64,000 bases of DNA from Eledone cirrhosa (taxonomy: Eukaryota), in assembly GCA_964016885.1 (NCBI GenBank), contig OZ024740.1, positions 317,254,001 to 317,318,000 on the forward strand, in the 5' to 3' direction. This document shows, piece by piece, positions 13,393 to 26,721 of this stretch. The notes beneath the pieces were generated by a model. That model was given only the letters and a program-made list of their open reading frames with translations, was not told the origin of the DNA and made no database searches. The position numbers and the translations under genes were made by a program. Positions within the stretch are counted from its first letter, which is position 1. The number at the start of each line of letters is the position of its first letter.

Positions 13393-13552
13393 CATGTGTA
13401 CACCAACATGTACATACACACATGTTTATGAAAGCCATGTACACACAGGTGTTTAGAGTGTAGTAGCTATGTGATTATGAAAGTCACGTACACACACACG
13501 TGTTTATGAAAGCCACATACACACACACACACACACGTGTTTATGAAAGCCA

Positions 13553-13625
<73 letters not shown>

Positions 13626-13921
13626 GCGTGATTATGAAAGCCAGGTTCACACATATATATTTAGCCAGGTACACACAACTATGTGTTTAGCCAGGTACAC
13701 ACAACTAAGTATTTATCCAGGTACGCACACATATGCATTTAGCCAGGTACGCACAACTATTGAATAGATTTGGTGTGATATAGAAATAAGAACCATATAA
13801 ACACATTTTAAATATATTTACAGTGAAGCAGTTATATAAGACATGCACATGCATATTGCATATATCTGGAGTAAAGCAGTCATGATAACTATATTCTGTA
13901 TTCAATTATACAACTATATGC

Positions 13922-14498
13922 TATATATATATATATACACATACACACACATATATACATACATACACACACATATACATACACACATACATATATACAT
14001 ACACATATACATATATATACATACACACATACATACATACACATATATATATATACACACATACATATACACATACATATATACACACATACATATATAT
14101 ACACATAAATATATATATACACACATACATATATATATATATACACACATATATACACATACATATATATATATACACATATATACACATACATATATAT
14201 ATATATATATATACACATATATACACATACACATATATATATACACATACATATATACACATATATATATATATATATTTTACATTCATTTGATTTATTG
14301 ATTTATTATCTGAGTGTCCCGAATCTTCCAGATCGCAATTTTTCGGTTGTATGGTTGATTATAGACTTGTTCTATGTGTGACGGTATTTTAACGATAGTT
14401 ATAGCTCTGATTCATCTAAATTATGGAGCACTCTGCCGCTCATATCGAATTTTGTTTATCGTGAACTCGTGCGCCGATTTTCCGATACTCGATTATTC

Positions 14499-14581
<83 letters not shown>

Positions 14582-14636
14582 TATACACACACATATATAT
14601 ATAGATATATATATATATATATATATATATAGATAT

Positions 14637-14673
<37 letters not shown>

Positions 14674-14678
14674 GATAT

Positions 14679-14724
<46 letters not shown>

Positions 14725-15022
14725 ATATATATATATATATACACACATACATATATATATATATATATACACACATACATATATATATATATATACACAC
14801 ATATATATATACACACACACATATATATATATACACATATATATACACATACATATATATATACATACACATACATATATACACACATATATATATATAT
14901 ACATACATATACATATATACACACATATATATATATATACATACATATACATATATACACACATATATATATATATACATACATATACATATATACACAC
15001 ATATATATATATATACATACAT
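13922..15022. repeat. Interrupted (TA)n/(CA)n microsatellite blocks with a ~200-bp unique island (14285-14490)
   Basis: Direct reading. Confidence 0.9.
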
Positions 15023-17689
15023 ATCATCATCATCATCATCACCGTTTTACGTCCGTTCTTCCACGCTAGCATGGGTTAGACGGGTTGTCCTGCTGTGGGC
15101 AGTGTCTGGTCGGCTGACCATGCCTTGCTCATACAGGAACTGATCTGGCTTGATTTCTACAGCTGGATGCCCTTCCTAACACCAACCTCATTTACAGTGA
15201 GTGCTGGGTGCTTTTTCGTGGCGCCTACACGTCCACTTTACAGTGTGGGCTGGGTGCTTTTTTGCCGTGGCACCTCCACGACCACCTTGCGGGGGGGGGG
15301 GGGGGGGCATATTGTTTATATGCTTCAGCATGTACCCATGGGAGGTCGGGTACCCTGTATTACTGCGTGACGCCAGAAGTCACGGTCGTGTGTCATTGAC
15401 TTTGAGAGGTGTAGTTGGGTAAGGTCGGCTTTTATCACCTCATCCCAAGTCATCTTGGGTCTCCCCACTCCGCGGTTTCCATCAACTTCTAGTGCTCTGC
15501 ACCTTTTTATGCAGCTGTCATCCTTCATACGCATCACATGTCCATACCAGCGTAACCGCCTCTCCTGCACGCAGCATTTGATTCCTCTTATGCTCAGTCT
15601 CTCTCTCAATTCCTTTATGCTTTGTCGTTCACGTATATTACTGTTACACATCCATCGGAGCATGCAGGCTTCGTTTCTCTCTAATCTACGTAAGTCTTCC
15701 ACCTTCAGCGCCCAGGTCTCACTACCATGCAACATCGCTGTTCGGATACACGCATCATACAGTCTGCCTTTCATTCTGAGGGAGAAGCCTTTTGCAGCTA
15801 GCAGTGGTAGTAGTTCCCTAAACTTCTTCCATCCCGTTCTTACCCTAGTTATTGTACTTTCTGAGCACCCACCTCCGTTGCTAATTCGGTCACCTAGGTA
15901 GCAGAAGCTGTCTACTGTTTCTACAGGGCCCTCCCAGAGATTGGTGGTACTTGTTTCCTGTGGCTGTCTGCTTGCTGTTTCAGCACAGCTGCTGCATGTG
16001 AATCCTACATTCTTAATTAAGCTTCCTGAGATCCCGCTACATCTCTTGTGTACCCATTGTTTGCATTTGGGGCAAAGAATGGAGTTCCTACCTACACCTT
16101 TCCTACATACTGAGCAAGGCCATTTCCCTGAGGGGATCTGGGTTCTGTTTTCTCGTCTACTTATAAGGACCTTAGTCTTTGTCATGTTGACTTTGAGGCC
16201 CTTTCTCTCTAGTCCCTGCTTCCAGGTTTGGAATTTATTCTCTAGTTCTACCATAGATTCAGCTATGAGTGCGAGGTCATCAGCATACAGGAGTTCCCAT
16301 GGGCATCCGGTCTTAAACTCCTCCGTTATTGCCTGCAGGACTATGATGAACAGGAGAGGGCTAAGAACAGAGCCCTGGTGGACCCCAACCTGTACGCTAA
16401 ATTCCTCGCTATACTCATTGCCAATCCTAACTTTGCTGACTGCTCCCCTATACATGGCTTGTACCGCTTTCACAAGCCATTCATCTACTCCTAGTTTTCT
16501 AAGAGCCCACCAGATTACTGCACGTGGAACTCTGTCAAAGGCTTTCTCAAGGTCGACAAATGCCAAGTAGAGTGGCTTACTTTTAGCTAGGTACTTTTCC
16601 TGTAATTGCCTCACAAGGAAGAGCGCATCAGTGGTGCCTTTCCCTGGTACAAACCCAAATTGCATCTCGTCTATATTCACCCGGTCCCTAATCAGCTGTG
16701 CTATAACTCTTTCTGTTACTTTCATGACCTGGTCCATCAACTTTATACCTCTATAGTTTCCTCTATCTAGTGCATCGCCTTTACCTTTGTAGCAGTTGAC
16801 AATGATGCTACTGCACCAATCTTTTGGTATGGCCCCCTCTAGTATTACCTGGTTAACGATACGTGTGGTTATAGTGTGACCTACAGACCCAGATGCCTTC
16901 AGCATCTCGGCAGCTATACCCGATGGACCGGTTGCCTTCCCTATCTTCATATCTCTGATTGCCTTACTTACTACGCTGCCGCTGACTTGTACTGCTGGTC
17001 CCTCTATAGGGTCTACGTGGGGTAGGGTCTCTTCTTCCCATGCATTCTCCTCATTTAGTAATCTATCATAATGACTCTTCCATGCATCTTTCTTCTCAGC
17101 ACTTGTGAGGGCAAGCTCACCTTTATCATTCCGGATACACTTCTCTCCAATGACATCACAACTATCTCTGACACACTGCCTCGCAATCTTGAATACCTCC
17201 TGTTTCTGGTCCTCACGTTGTAAAACATGCTTGAATTTTCTATCCTCTGCTTCCCTCCTAGCTAAGTATACTTGTCGCCTAGCTTCCCTCTTGGTCTCTA
17301 TGTAATGTACCCTGCTCCCCCCGTTCTTCCATTCTTTCCATGCCTGTCTCTTGGCCTTGACTGCTTCATCTACCTTATTGTTCCACCACCAAGTCACTCT
17401 CCTCCTGCTTGAGGTCTTACTCCAGCCACAAACCTCATCCGTCGCCTCTAGTAAGTTATTTTTTAGGAACTCCCAGTTCTCTTCTACGTTAAATGTCTCT
17501 ATCTGTTCTTCTTTACTGTCGTAGGCGTTGAGTAAAATATCTTTAAATCTGTTACTGGTTGAGGGGACTTTCAGCTTCCAGATCTTTCTTCTCCAGGTTG
17601 GCCTCTGTTTCAGGGCTCGTCTAGTTCTGACCGTGAGGTCGCTGACAACTAAGCTATGTTGGGATGTACATTCCTCACTAGGGAAGGCT
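15023..17689 (-). mobile_element. RTE-clade LINE, subfamily A, 5'-truncated at the end of the endonuclease domain
   Basis: ORF plus ~300-bp 3'UTR ending in (GAT)n next to (TA)n. Confidence 0.95.
15325..17689 (-). CDS. RTE ORF: C-terminal AP-endonuclease remnant, reverse transcriptase with embedded PHD finger
   Basis: SQHSLVV (end of APE), [36 protein letters not shown]4HC3 finger, [20 protein letters not shown]. The first ~23 aa of the track ORF come from the adjacent hairpin, not the LINE. Confidence 0.93.
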
Positions 17690-17764
17690 AATAATTTTGA
17701 CGTACCATAAATATAAGCGACCATTAAATTAGGTCGCTTATATTTATGGTACGTCAAAATTATT
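17690..17764. repeat. Perfect hairpin, 33-bp arms and 9-nt loop, at the start of a hammerhead element
   Basis: aataattttgacgtaccataaatataagcgacc / ggtcgcttatatttatggtacgtcaaaattatt. Confidence 0.92.
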
Positions 17765-17785
17765 TATAAAACTGTTTATATATTG

Positions 17786-17851
17786 TATTTTATCTGACGA
17801 AGGCATACCATATTTTTAATATGGTATCCCTGAAATATGTATAATGAAATA
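17786..17851 (+). ncRNA. Minimal type-I hammerhead ribozyme (paralog of 3664-3728)
   Basis: TATTTTAT-CTGACGA-AGG(C)ATACCATATT-TTT-AATATGGTAT(C)CCT-GAAA-TATGTA-TA-ATGAAATA. Flanks 17748-17893 align with 3626-3770. Confidence 0.85.
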
Positions 17852-17892
17852 AATATGGTTTTATAAATATAGTTTCCATTTGTCTAATATCG

Positions 17893-17923
<31 letters not shown>

Positions 17924-18023
17924 ATATATATATATACACATACATATATATATATACACATACACATATATATATATATATATATACACATACATATATA
18001 TACATATATACACACACACACAC

Positions 18024-18090
<67 letters not shown>

Positions 18091-18206
18091 TATATATATA
18101 TACACACACACCTACATATACACACACACACACACACACACCTACATATACATATATATATACACACACACACACCTATATATATACATACATTCATATA
18201 TACCTG

Positions 18207-18252
<46 letters not shown>

Positions 18253-18372
18253 ACTATCTATGTTCTGCTATTTCATAATCAGTTGGTAACATTGGTTATA
18301 AAATATGAAACACTGGTGAGTAATTTTATGGGTGACATAACAGCCATTGCTGCTGTTAGTGATGATGTCAGA

Positions 18373-19105
18373 GGTGGTAGTGGTGGTGGTAATGGTGGTG
18401 GCAGTGGTGATGGTGGTGGTAGTAGTGGTGATGGTGGTGGTAGTGGTAGTGGTGGTAGTGGTAGTGGTGGTGATGGTGGTGATGGTGGTGGTGGTGGTGG
18501 TGGTGGTGATGGTGGTGGTGGTGGTGGTGATGGTGGTGGTGATGGTGGTGGTAGTAGTGGTGATGGTGGTGGTAGTGGTAGTGGTGGTAGTGGTAGTGGT
18601 GGTGATGGTGGTGATGGTGGTGGTGGTGGTGGTGGTAGTGATGGTGGTGGTGGTGGTGATGGTGGTAGTGATGATGGTGGTAGTGATGATGGTGGTAGTG
18701 GTGATGCTAGTGGTAATGATGGTGGTGGTAGTAGTGATGGTGATAGTGGTGGTGGTGGTGATGGTGGTGGTGGTGATGATGGCGGTGGTGGTAGTGATGG
18801 TGGTGGTGGTGGTGGTAGTGATGATGGTAGTGGTGGTGGTGATGATGGTGGCAGTGGTTATGGTGGAGGTGTGATGGTGGTGATGGTGGTAGTAGCAGCG
18901 GGGTGAAGTGGTGGTGGTGATGCTGGTGCTGGTAGTGGTGGCGATGATGGTGGTGATGGTAAAGTGGAGTTGGTGATAATGGTTGTGGTGGTGGTGGTGA
19001 TGATGGTGGCAGCGATGATAGTGGTGGTGGTGGTGGCAGCGATGATAGTGGTGGTGGTGCTGGTGGCAGCGATGATAGTGGTGGTGGTGCTGGTGGTAGT
19101 AGTTG
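18373..19105. repeat. Degenerate (GGT/GAT/AGT)n trinucleotide tract
   Basis: Direct reading; a smaller tract lies at 31307-31485. Confidence 0.92.
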
Positions 19106-20576
19106 TGTTGTATAGTATAGAGGGTTAAGGAGACAATGGTGTAGTAATGGTGATGTTTGCAATGAAAACAATGACAGTGATGTTAGTAGTGGTAATGGTG
19201 AAGGGGTTGTAGTAATGATATTCGCTAGAGTAACATTATCATCACCATCACCATCACCAATAGCAACAGAAACAAAGTGAAATTCCAGCAAGAAGCCACA
19301 TTGCAGACACAGACAGACATGACTAATTGACGAGTGGAATTCATGCAAGAAGCCAATACAATCTCTTACCTCTTTCTCTCCCACACACACACACTTATAT
19401 GCATGTGTACATGCATATACACATACACATGTACACATACACTCACTCACATGTACAAAACGACCAATGGATAGGGTCCTTAAAAGCAGGTAAAAATATT
19501 CTACACTGGCAAATAGACAAAATATATTTAATTAATTGATGAAATATATTTCTGCTTCAAGTCAAATTTTCAAATTCATGATCTACCCAGCAACAGAAAT
19601 GTGATTATTTCCTCATTTTAGATTTATGAAATTGTACATTAAAACAAGAATTAAGACATGGATATCTTATCCAGGGATCTAGATTGTATATTTAATCTAA
19701 GTCTAAAGTCTGTTTCAAGCCAGAAGGCTCGTCAGGCTGGTGGTGCCTATCCCTGTTTTGTGGCGTGAGGCAACTTAGAGTACAAGATTTGAACTCAGAC
19801 ACAATGGGACGTAACTATGCCATAAAGTATGTTGTCCGACGCTCTACAGATACTGCCAATCTAAACTATAATAAAGTAAGGAGCGCGGGACTGCATGCGG
19901 TTTATAATTTTTTATCCCATTAGTAAAATAAGTTGGATTACTTTGAATAAATAATGAATGAATATTACATAATGTATCTACTAAATTTCGTGGCTGTTGA
20001 TTAAATATATTTTGTTTAAAAATTCACTTCTTTAAAATTTCTGAAATGTCAACACTTCTAATTTTCTGTCACTAATTTTCTCCTAATGCAGTTTATATAT
20101 AATATCGTCTTTTTTTAATGTATCATGGATTACGTTACTGATTACAGAAGACAGTGTAACAACGTCTTCGTTCAATTTCTATGTATTATATATTGTCAAT
20201 TACGATTTTATTTGATGTATCATATCTACATGCATATATACTTGCGTATAATATCAATATACACACTACACATGCTAGCAGAAAAACCACCCTTCGGGTG
20301 GTTTTTCTGCTAGTCATATTAATAATGGTTTCTAATTTAGGCACAAAACAAGAAGTTTTTAAAGAGAAGGTAAAATTTGAAAAATGCTTTATGTAATCAG
20401 CCCTGGAAGAATAAAAGACAAAGTTGACCCCGGCCAGATTTGAACTCAGAACATAAAAAGTTATAAAAAAATACTGCAAAATATTTTATCCAACGCTCTA
20501 CTGATTCTGCCATTGAACTTGGAACGAACATAAAGAGATGTAACAATTGAATAAATAAAAATAAATATAATATATC

Positions 20577-20750
20577 GGCAGGAAGCCCAGAGGTAGACCC
20601 CGAGTAAGATGCTTGGATAGCATCCATGAGCTTGGCTGATCTCACTTGGGGATCCAGCCAGATCAGTTGGAAATGGTTGCTTATGACAGGACCCACTGAA
20701 AGGAGTGTTTGAAGACTCAGCCCCCACGACCCTTTCAGGGAAAAGTGGAA
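20577..20750 (+). mobile_element. Old RTE (Expander/Rex3-like) 3' fragment
   Basis: Translates GRKPRGRPRVRCLDSIHELG*SHLGI...PPRP, which resembles an RTE C-terminus. Confidence 0.6.
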
Positions 20751-20751
20751 G

Positions 20752-20822
<71 letters not shown>

Positions 20823-22527
20823 AATTTTCAACTGTCAGGAAAATATAGTATAGATATTATAGATCATAGAAGCTCCCATGCAGTCAAGACTAAACAGTTT
20901 TACCATTGAAAAGGTTTAAGCTTGATGTTATTGTCTTTTATATGTGTATGTGTGTGTACTGTAAACTTTTCAGCTGACCCTTGTAGAAACTTCACAGACT
21001 CAAGTAATTTTTGATGAGATTCATCAATTCACAGTGAAAACTGTTGATTAACTCTCAACAAAAAACCTTGTCTATCACTTGGTAATCATATCAGTAATCT
21101 ACAGTATTTTAGTCACCACTAGTAAGCCATCTGTCTTTATGCCTGTTCCCATGCAGCTGGAGGGAAGAATTCTGTGGCATCTGATCAACACAACAACAAC
21201 AGCAATCTCCCATCATTACATTAGCTGCTGTTCATTGTATATTGTTTTATGTGTTGTTTATTTCTCTTTATCTTCTTCCTTCTTTTGTTTTTGTTAGTGT
21301 TTGAGAGTGAGACACAGAGCTTTGATATTCATTGCAGCTACCTTACCATTGGCATATGACTAGTTGCTGTTTAATGCAGACTTCACTATATTTAATAGGC
21401 GAGAGAGCATTTTGTTTATTTCAGTTCCAGTTATATAGCATACTAAACTTTATCATTATTATTACTACAAAGAAAGCTATATAACAGAGAGGTTGACAAT
21501 GTTTGACTTTAATCTAAAATTAAAAGCTATGAGTCAACAAGGAAAGCCTTTATGTAATTACTCGACCTTCCAGAAATAGCAGCCACATCTCCCTCAGTAT
21601 GACATTTTGAAAATTATAAAGAATACATTGAATAATATAAATTTTGGATATACCAAAAGGATAGAATAGGTGTGTTTAGTCATATCTCATTCAAGGTTAA
21701 CCAACTGTTGTTAAAAGGTATATTATATATTCATCATGGTCTATAAAAAACTAGAGGTGACATTTTCTAATAGTCTCTTTACTTGATCTAACACAAGGAT
21801 CATCCAGTACACCATATATACATTTATTTCTTTTGGTATAGCATAACATTATAAATGAGTTTTTAATAATAATAATGGTTTTTAATTTAGGCACAAAGCC
21901 AATAATTTTGGGAAGGGGAAAATCGATTAAATAAACCCCAGTGCATTACTGGTATTTTATTTTATCGACCCCGTAAGGATGAAAGGCAAAGCTAACCTTG
22001 GCAGGGTTTGAACTCAATAATGATGATCATGATAATGAACAGAGAGGATAATTATAGCCGGAAGGTCTTTGATCATAATTCTGTTTCATCACATGACCTA
22101 GGGTTAAACAACAAGTCATAAATTTTGAGTAAATCCTGTTTGCTAACAAGGTGGAGGAGTGAGATAATGAAAGTTATGTGTGTAACTATAGAAGAACAAC
22201 ACAATGACTATAAGTAGTGAGGTTTGAACGCATGACCTTATGATCAGTGATCTAACACTTGAATCTCCTCATGTGAGTTGGGTTATAACTGAGAAGATAA
22301 GGTGTTGAAGGTTGATATACCATCACTGCTACTGTCTCCATGCTTAAGACACTTAACTTTCACTATCTTAACCCTGCTAGCTATAAATAGTTATGTGTAT
22401 ATAAAATCTCTACTGCAATCAGTGAGAGCATTTGTTAATTAGTTAGTTCTTTAGTGGTTTCAACCATCATGGCCATGGCCAAGCTGGAGCACTGTCTTCA
22501 AGATTAGTGTTTTGTTTAGTAGTTTAA

Positions 22528-22744
22528 CCCTTTAGCATTTAAACCGGCCATATTCAGCCAGAATTCTCTCATTTCTTTCTGTTCAAACCAGCCGTAACTG
22601 GTCACTCATACTTACGTTAAGGTATTGTTCTCAAAATATATACCATCAAAATCTCATAGATTCAATATTATGTGAGATAATTATGTATTTTTGTTTACCA
22701 CAAAAATACAATAGTATACATAGAGTAATGTAAATGCTAAAGGG
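22528..22744. mobile_element. piggyBac-type MITE
   Basis: TTAA TSD (22524-22527, 22745-22748) and 14-bp TIR CCCTTTAGCATTTA / TAAATGCTAAAGGG. Confidence 0.85.
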
Positions 22745-22860
22745 TTAAGACCATATCACGCTGAAAACACCAGTTCTTATACGATCACCTAAGTTAAGCA
22801 GCATTGAGCCTAGTTAGTACTTAGATGGGAGACTGCTTGGGAAACCTAGGTGCTGTAAGT
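22745..22860 (+). pseudogene. 5S rRNA-derived sequence (pseudogene or SINE3-like head)
   Basis: gaccatatcacgctgaaaacacc..cgatcacctaagttaagcagc..gttagtacttagatgggagactgcttgggaaacctaggtgctgtaag matches metazoan 5S with several substitutions. No oligo-T terminator; followed by an RTE-type tail. Confidence 0.9.
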
Positions 22861-23224
22861 GTGGAAAGACGAACGTCAAAAACGATAATGCTGATGATGA
22901 TGATTAGCAGAACTGAACTGCCAGAGTACTCGATAAAATACCTGTGGTGTTCTGTTACAACCATTTATGCTTTGAATTATATAAACTTGCTGAAGTTAAC
23001 TTTGCCCATCATCTTTCTGAAGTAAATAAAATAAAGTACCAGTCATGTACTGGGGTTAATAAAGCCATCAAGGTGTAAATGGAATTATAATGGGAGTAGT
23101 ACTTACAATAAATATCATGTTAAAACCCTGCTTCAAGTCTAACTTGAGAGAAATTAGCTCTGCTATGATGGATAACATGTAAGCTACGCAAACAGTTTGA
23201 AATGTGCACCCTAACACAAGTGAC

Positions 23225-23257
<33 letters not shown>

Positions 23258-26200
23258 TGTTTCTACTATTGGCACAAGGCCAGCAATTATCCCAGTGCAT
23301 TACTGGTACTTTATTTTATCGACCCCGTAAGGATGAAAGGCAAAGTTAACTGTAGCGGGATTTGAACTCAGACCATAGAGGGGCGTAACTATGCTGGAAA
23401 GCATGGCGTCCGACTCTCTACCGATACTGCCAATCCACCGCCCTAATAATAATAATAGCTGATCATTATGAATAATACTTGAGAAAATTTGGTAAAATAC
23501 TTCTGGAGGCAGAAAAAATTGACAGAGGCACCTATGAGGAATTGAACCCAGCATCTGAAAGATGCTGAGTGAGTGCATTGGCTCTTTAGCATAATGGTTA
23601 ACACACTCAACCATCACCCAAGAGATGCTACGTTTGATTCCTCACAGACATCTCTGTCTCCAGCGGTATTACACCCAATTTTTCTCAATTATTATTGTGG
23701 TTATTTGCATTCGGACACACATTTCAAATTTCCTGACTGTTCCTTAAGTCAACTGTTGCTTACACACAATGTTTTAAATGAAGGAACAGCAATAACCTAA
23801 TGGTTTATGAAACTCACTACATAACCCTATTGAAAAGACACTTGTGATTGGTATAGTGGTTGTTACAACTACTACTGAATAGCCGCATAATATGGGGTCT
23901 ATAAAAAAAAAGGAGGGTGAACATTTCCTCAAAAGCTAATCTACAGAAAAAAGTAATGAATCTTTAATCTCAAGAATTTAACGTCTAAAAAAAATATATA
24001 TATATTTCAAACAATGTAAAACAATAATTAGACGAAAAAAGAAATTTATCTGCAGAAACATGCTAACATTTGCCAGGTAATGTGAGATCAAAATTGTTGA
24101 TTAAACAAACACCATGTTGCCATGACAACTTCGTTTGAAATTGTTTCTATGACAGAAAAGTCAAGCTGCAATCTTCACAAGTTCTACCTTTTTTGTTTTT
24201 TTCCCCTCTGTGTGCAGTAAAACATGATAATGAAATTCGTATGACCTTATCTCTGACTCTACATCAGACAAAGTCATAGAAAAAATCAGTTAACATGACA
24301 GTATAGTGGAATTTTACTAACCATAAACTCAGCTCAAATATTAGACAAGCTGTCAAGATGACCAGGTCACTGAACAAAATAACTAAAGTCTGACTTATAA
24401 TTAACTGTACAGCAGACTCTACTATGAAGGCAGCGAATTGGCAGAGTTGTTAGAAAATCAGATACAATGTTTTGCGATATTTATTCTGGCTGTCAACGTT
24501 CGAATCCCACCAAACTAAAACCTTGTCCTTTATGGCGGCGATGTATTTGTTTTGCAAGATTTTTTATATGAAATTGTGTGTAGAAACAAATATTGTTATA
24601 TTTAGGGAAAGTCATGTTGTCCTAATATTGTATATGGTGTCGTAGGGGAGTCATATTGACATACAGTGTTTCTAGGGCATTTTTAAACCTGGCAGAGCCC
24701 ATCTCCTCTCCAGGCCTGAATACAGTAGATTTCTTTTAGAGAAGGATGGGGAGAGAGAAAGAAAGGAAGTGAGAAAAATATAGAGGAAGAATCGACTCCA
24801 GTATTAGACAGGTACTATTTTATCGACCTTGAATGGATGAAAGGCAAAGTTGACCTCGGCGGGATTTGAACTCAGAGAGCAAACAGTTGAAATGAATACT
24901 ACAAGGCATTCTATCTGACATTCTAACGACTCTGCCAATTCAGCGCCTGGTATCTAAAACCTTTAAATGAGTTAAATTAGTCACCAGCTGAGTAAGTCAG
25001 TAATGTTGATATAAGTAAGTAAATACATACATCCTTCCAACAGCCATGGGAATACATACAAATAGTGCTTAGCATTGGATTATGTAATGCTAAGTTGATC
25101 TGATGTAAATCTCAACTCAATAAGCTGTTAGCTACCATTAGTAATGTTTCTCAGAGATGTTTAATACTTATACATCACCTTCATAAGTTGAAGCAAAGAG
25201 GATGCTATGTCTTGACCACTAACTTGTTAGTCTGCTGAACACAAGTAGGATTTGAACTTCCTGTTGTTTCATTAGTCCTAGTCCTCCCACACAGTGTAAA
25301 GTGGTTGGCATTAGGAATGGCATCCAGCCATAGAAACAATGCCAAAACTCAAAACATACAAGCAAAACTTAGTCACCTGTACAGTCTAGCCTTCGTACCT
25401 GACAGCTCATCTAAACCATACAAGCATGGAAAATAGATGTTAAATGGTGATGATGATGATGATAAATTATTTATTTCTCACACTGGAAGATAACCAAACA
25501 ATTCATGATGCTATATAGTCAATCAATTATTGATTGTTACCAGCAATACCTACTTAGTAAAGTTATTGACTTCCCTTAGTTGGAATGAAAGTCAACTGCT
25601 ATATGATTTGAAACTAAGACCATAGAAGAACAAATGTATGTATGGATTCATAACTCCTGATAGAGTTGTAGAGGTACTGTCATGACATACAATATGTCTT
25701 AGGCATTTTAAACCTGATGGAGCCCATCCCCTCTTCAGGTCTGAACATAGTCAATTTCTTCCAGAGAAGGAGTGAGAGAGTGAGAGAGAGGAAGTGGGAA
25801 AGAGATATAGAGGAATAATTTATCTCAGTGCAGGACTGATAGTTTGGGGGGGGGGGGGGGGGTTTAAAAAATCAAACTCCAAAAAAAATGAAAGCCAAAG
25901 TTGACTTCGGTGGACTTAGAACTCAGATCATAGAAAGCTCGAATGAATACTGTGAGGCATTCTATCCGATGTTCTAACGACTCGGTCAGTTTGCTGCCTA
26001 GATGAACAAAACTAAATACTGTGATTAACCATCCAATCAAATTCTCAACTGTGTCTTCTACTTCGTTCTATTTCCTGCTTAATAAGTGCAACAGCATGAT
26101 GGTGAGTTGACAAGAAACATTAGAGTCAGTATTTTCTTTCATCCTTTCATATTCTCAATTGAAATCTCACAGGGTTTGGTTAGATTTCCTTGTTCCCACA

Positions 26201-26674
26201 ATCAATAAATTAACCCTGTTTATTACCATATTTTTCATGAAATACACTGCCTATGACAGGGTTCAGTTTGATTTCTCTGTTCCCACAATCAATAAATTAA
26301 CCTGTTCATTATCATATTTTTAATGTAATACACTGCCTATAACAGGGTTTGGTTTAATTTCTTTGTTCCCATAATCAATAAATTAACCCATTCATTACCA
26401 TATTTCTGTGTTTCAAATTCTTCTGAAAATCTAAGAATATAATTAACATTCTCATTAAGTTGGTGTTTGAAATATAACAAAACTTTCTTACATAAGATTA
26501 TAATAGAAAGTTTAAATTTAATTATGAACTTTTTAAAACAAAGTTTTTTTGTTTTTTTTGTCATAAACCTAGGGGGTAATATCAGGTGGACTGGTATAAA
26601 AAAATCTAATTGATGGTAGCACTAGGACAGAACTTAGACTATAGCCCATTCCATGCCAATATGTTCTAAGTGAG

Positions 26675-26721
26675 TGTCACTGATGAAAGATTAATGTATC
26701 TTGAAACAGTGTTGTCTGATA
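26675..26721 (+). ncRNA. Type-I hammerhead ribozyme
   Basis: TGTCA-CTGATGA-AAGAT(TAATGT)ATCTT-GAAA-CA(GTGT)TG-TC-TGATA. All three stems pair; canonical GUC site at 26714-26716. Confidence 0.8.

Noticed and set aside
12481-13421. Repetitive ~300-aa ORFs, and a CRISPR-like look of the ~37-bp repeats
   Set aside because: Tandem minisatellite with no unique spacers and no cas genes, in eukaryotic DNA.
15455-16570. Antisense ORFs over the RTE copies (also 44343, 56138, 59382)
   Set aside because: Shadows of the RT frame; boundaries vary and no domain is recognisable.
18283-19450. Gly-rich, poly-Val and His/Pro-rich ORFs
   Set aside because: All frames are open because of (GGT)n; no codon-position pattern or splice evidence favours one.
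22745-22860. Functional 5S rRNA gene
   Set aside because: Many substitutions, 5' end split by a MITE, no oligo-T terminator, not in an array.
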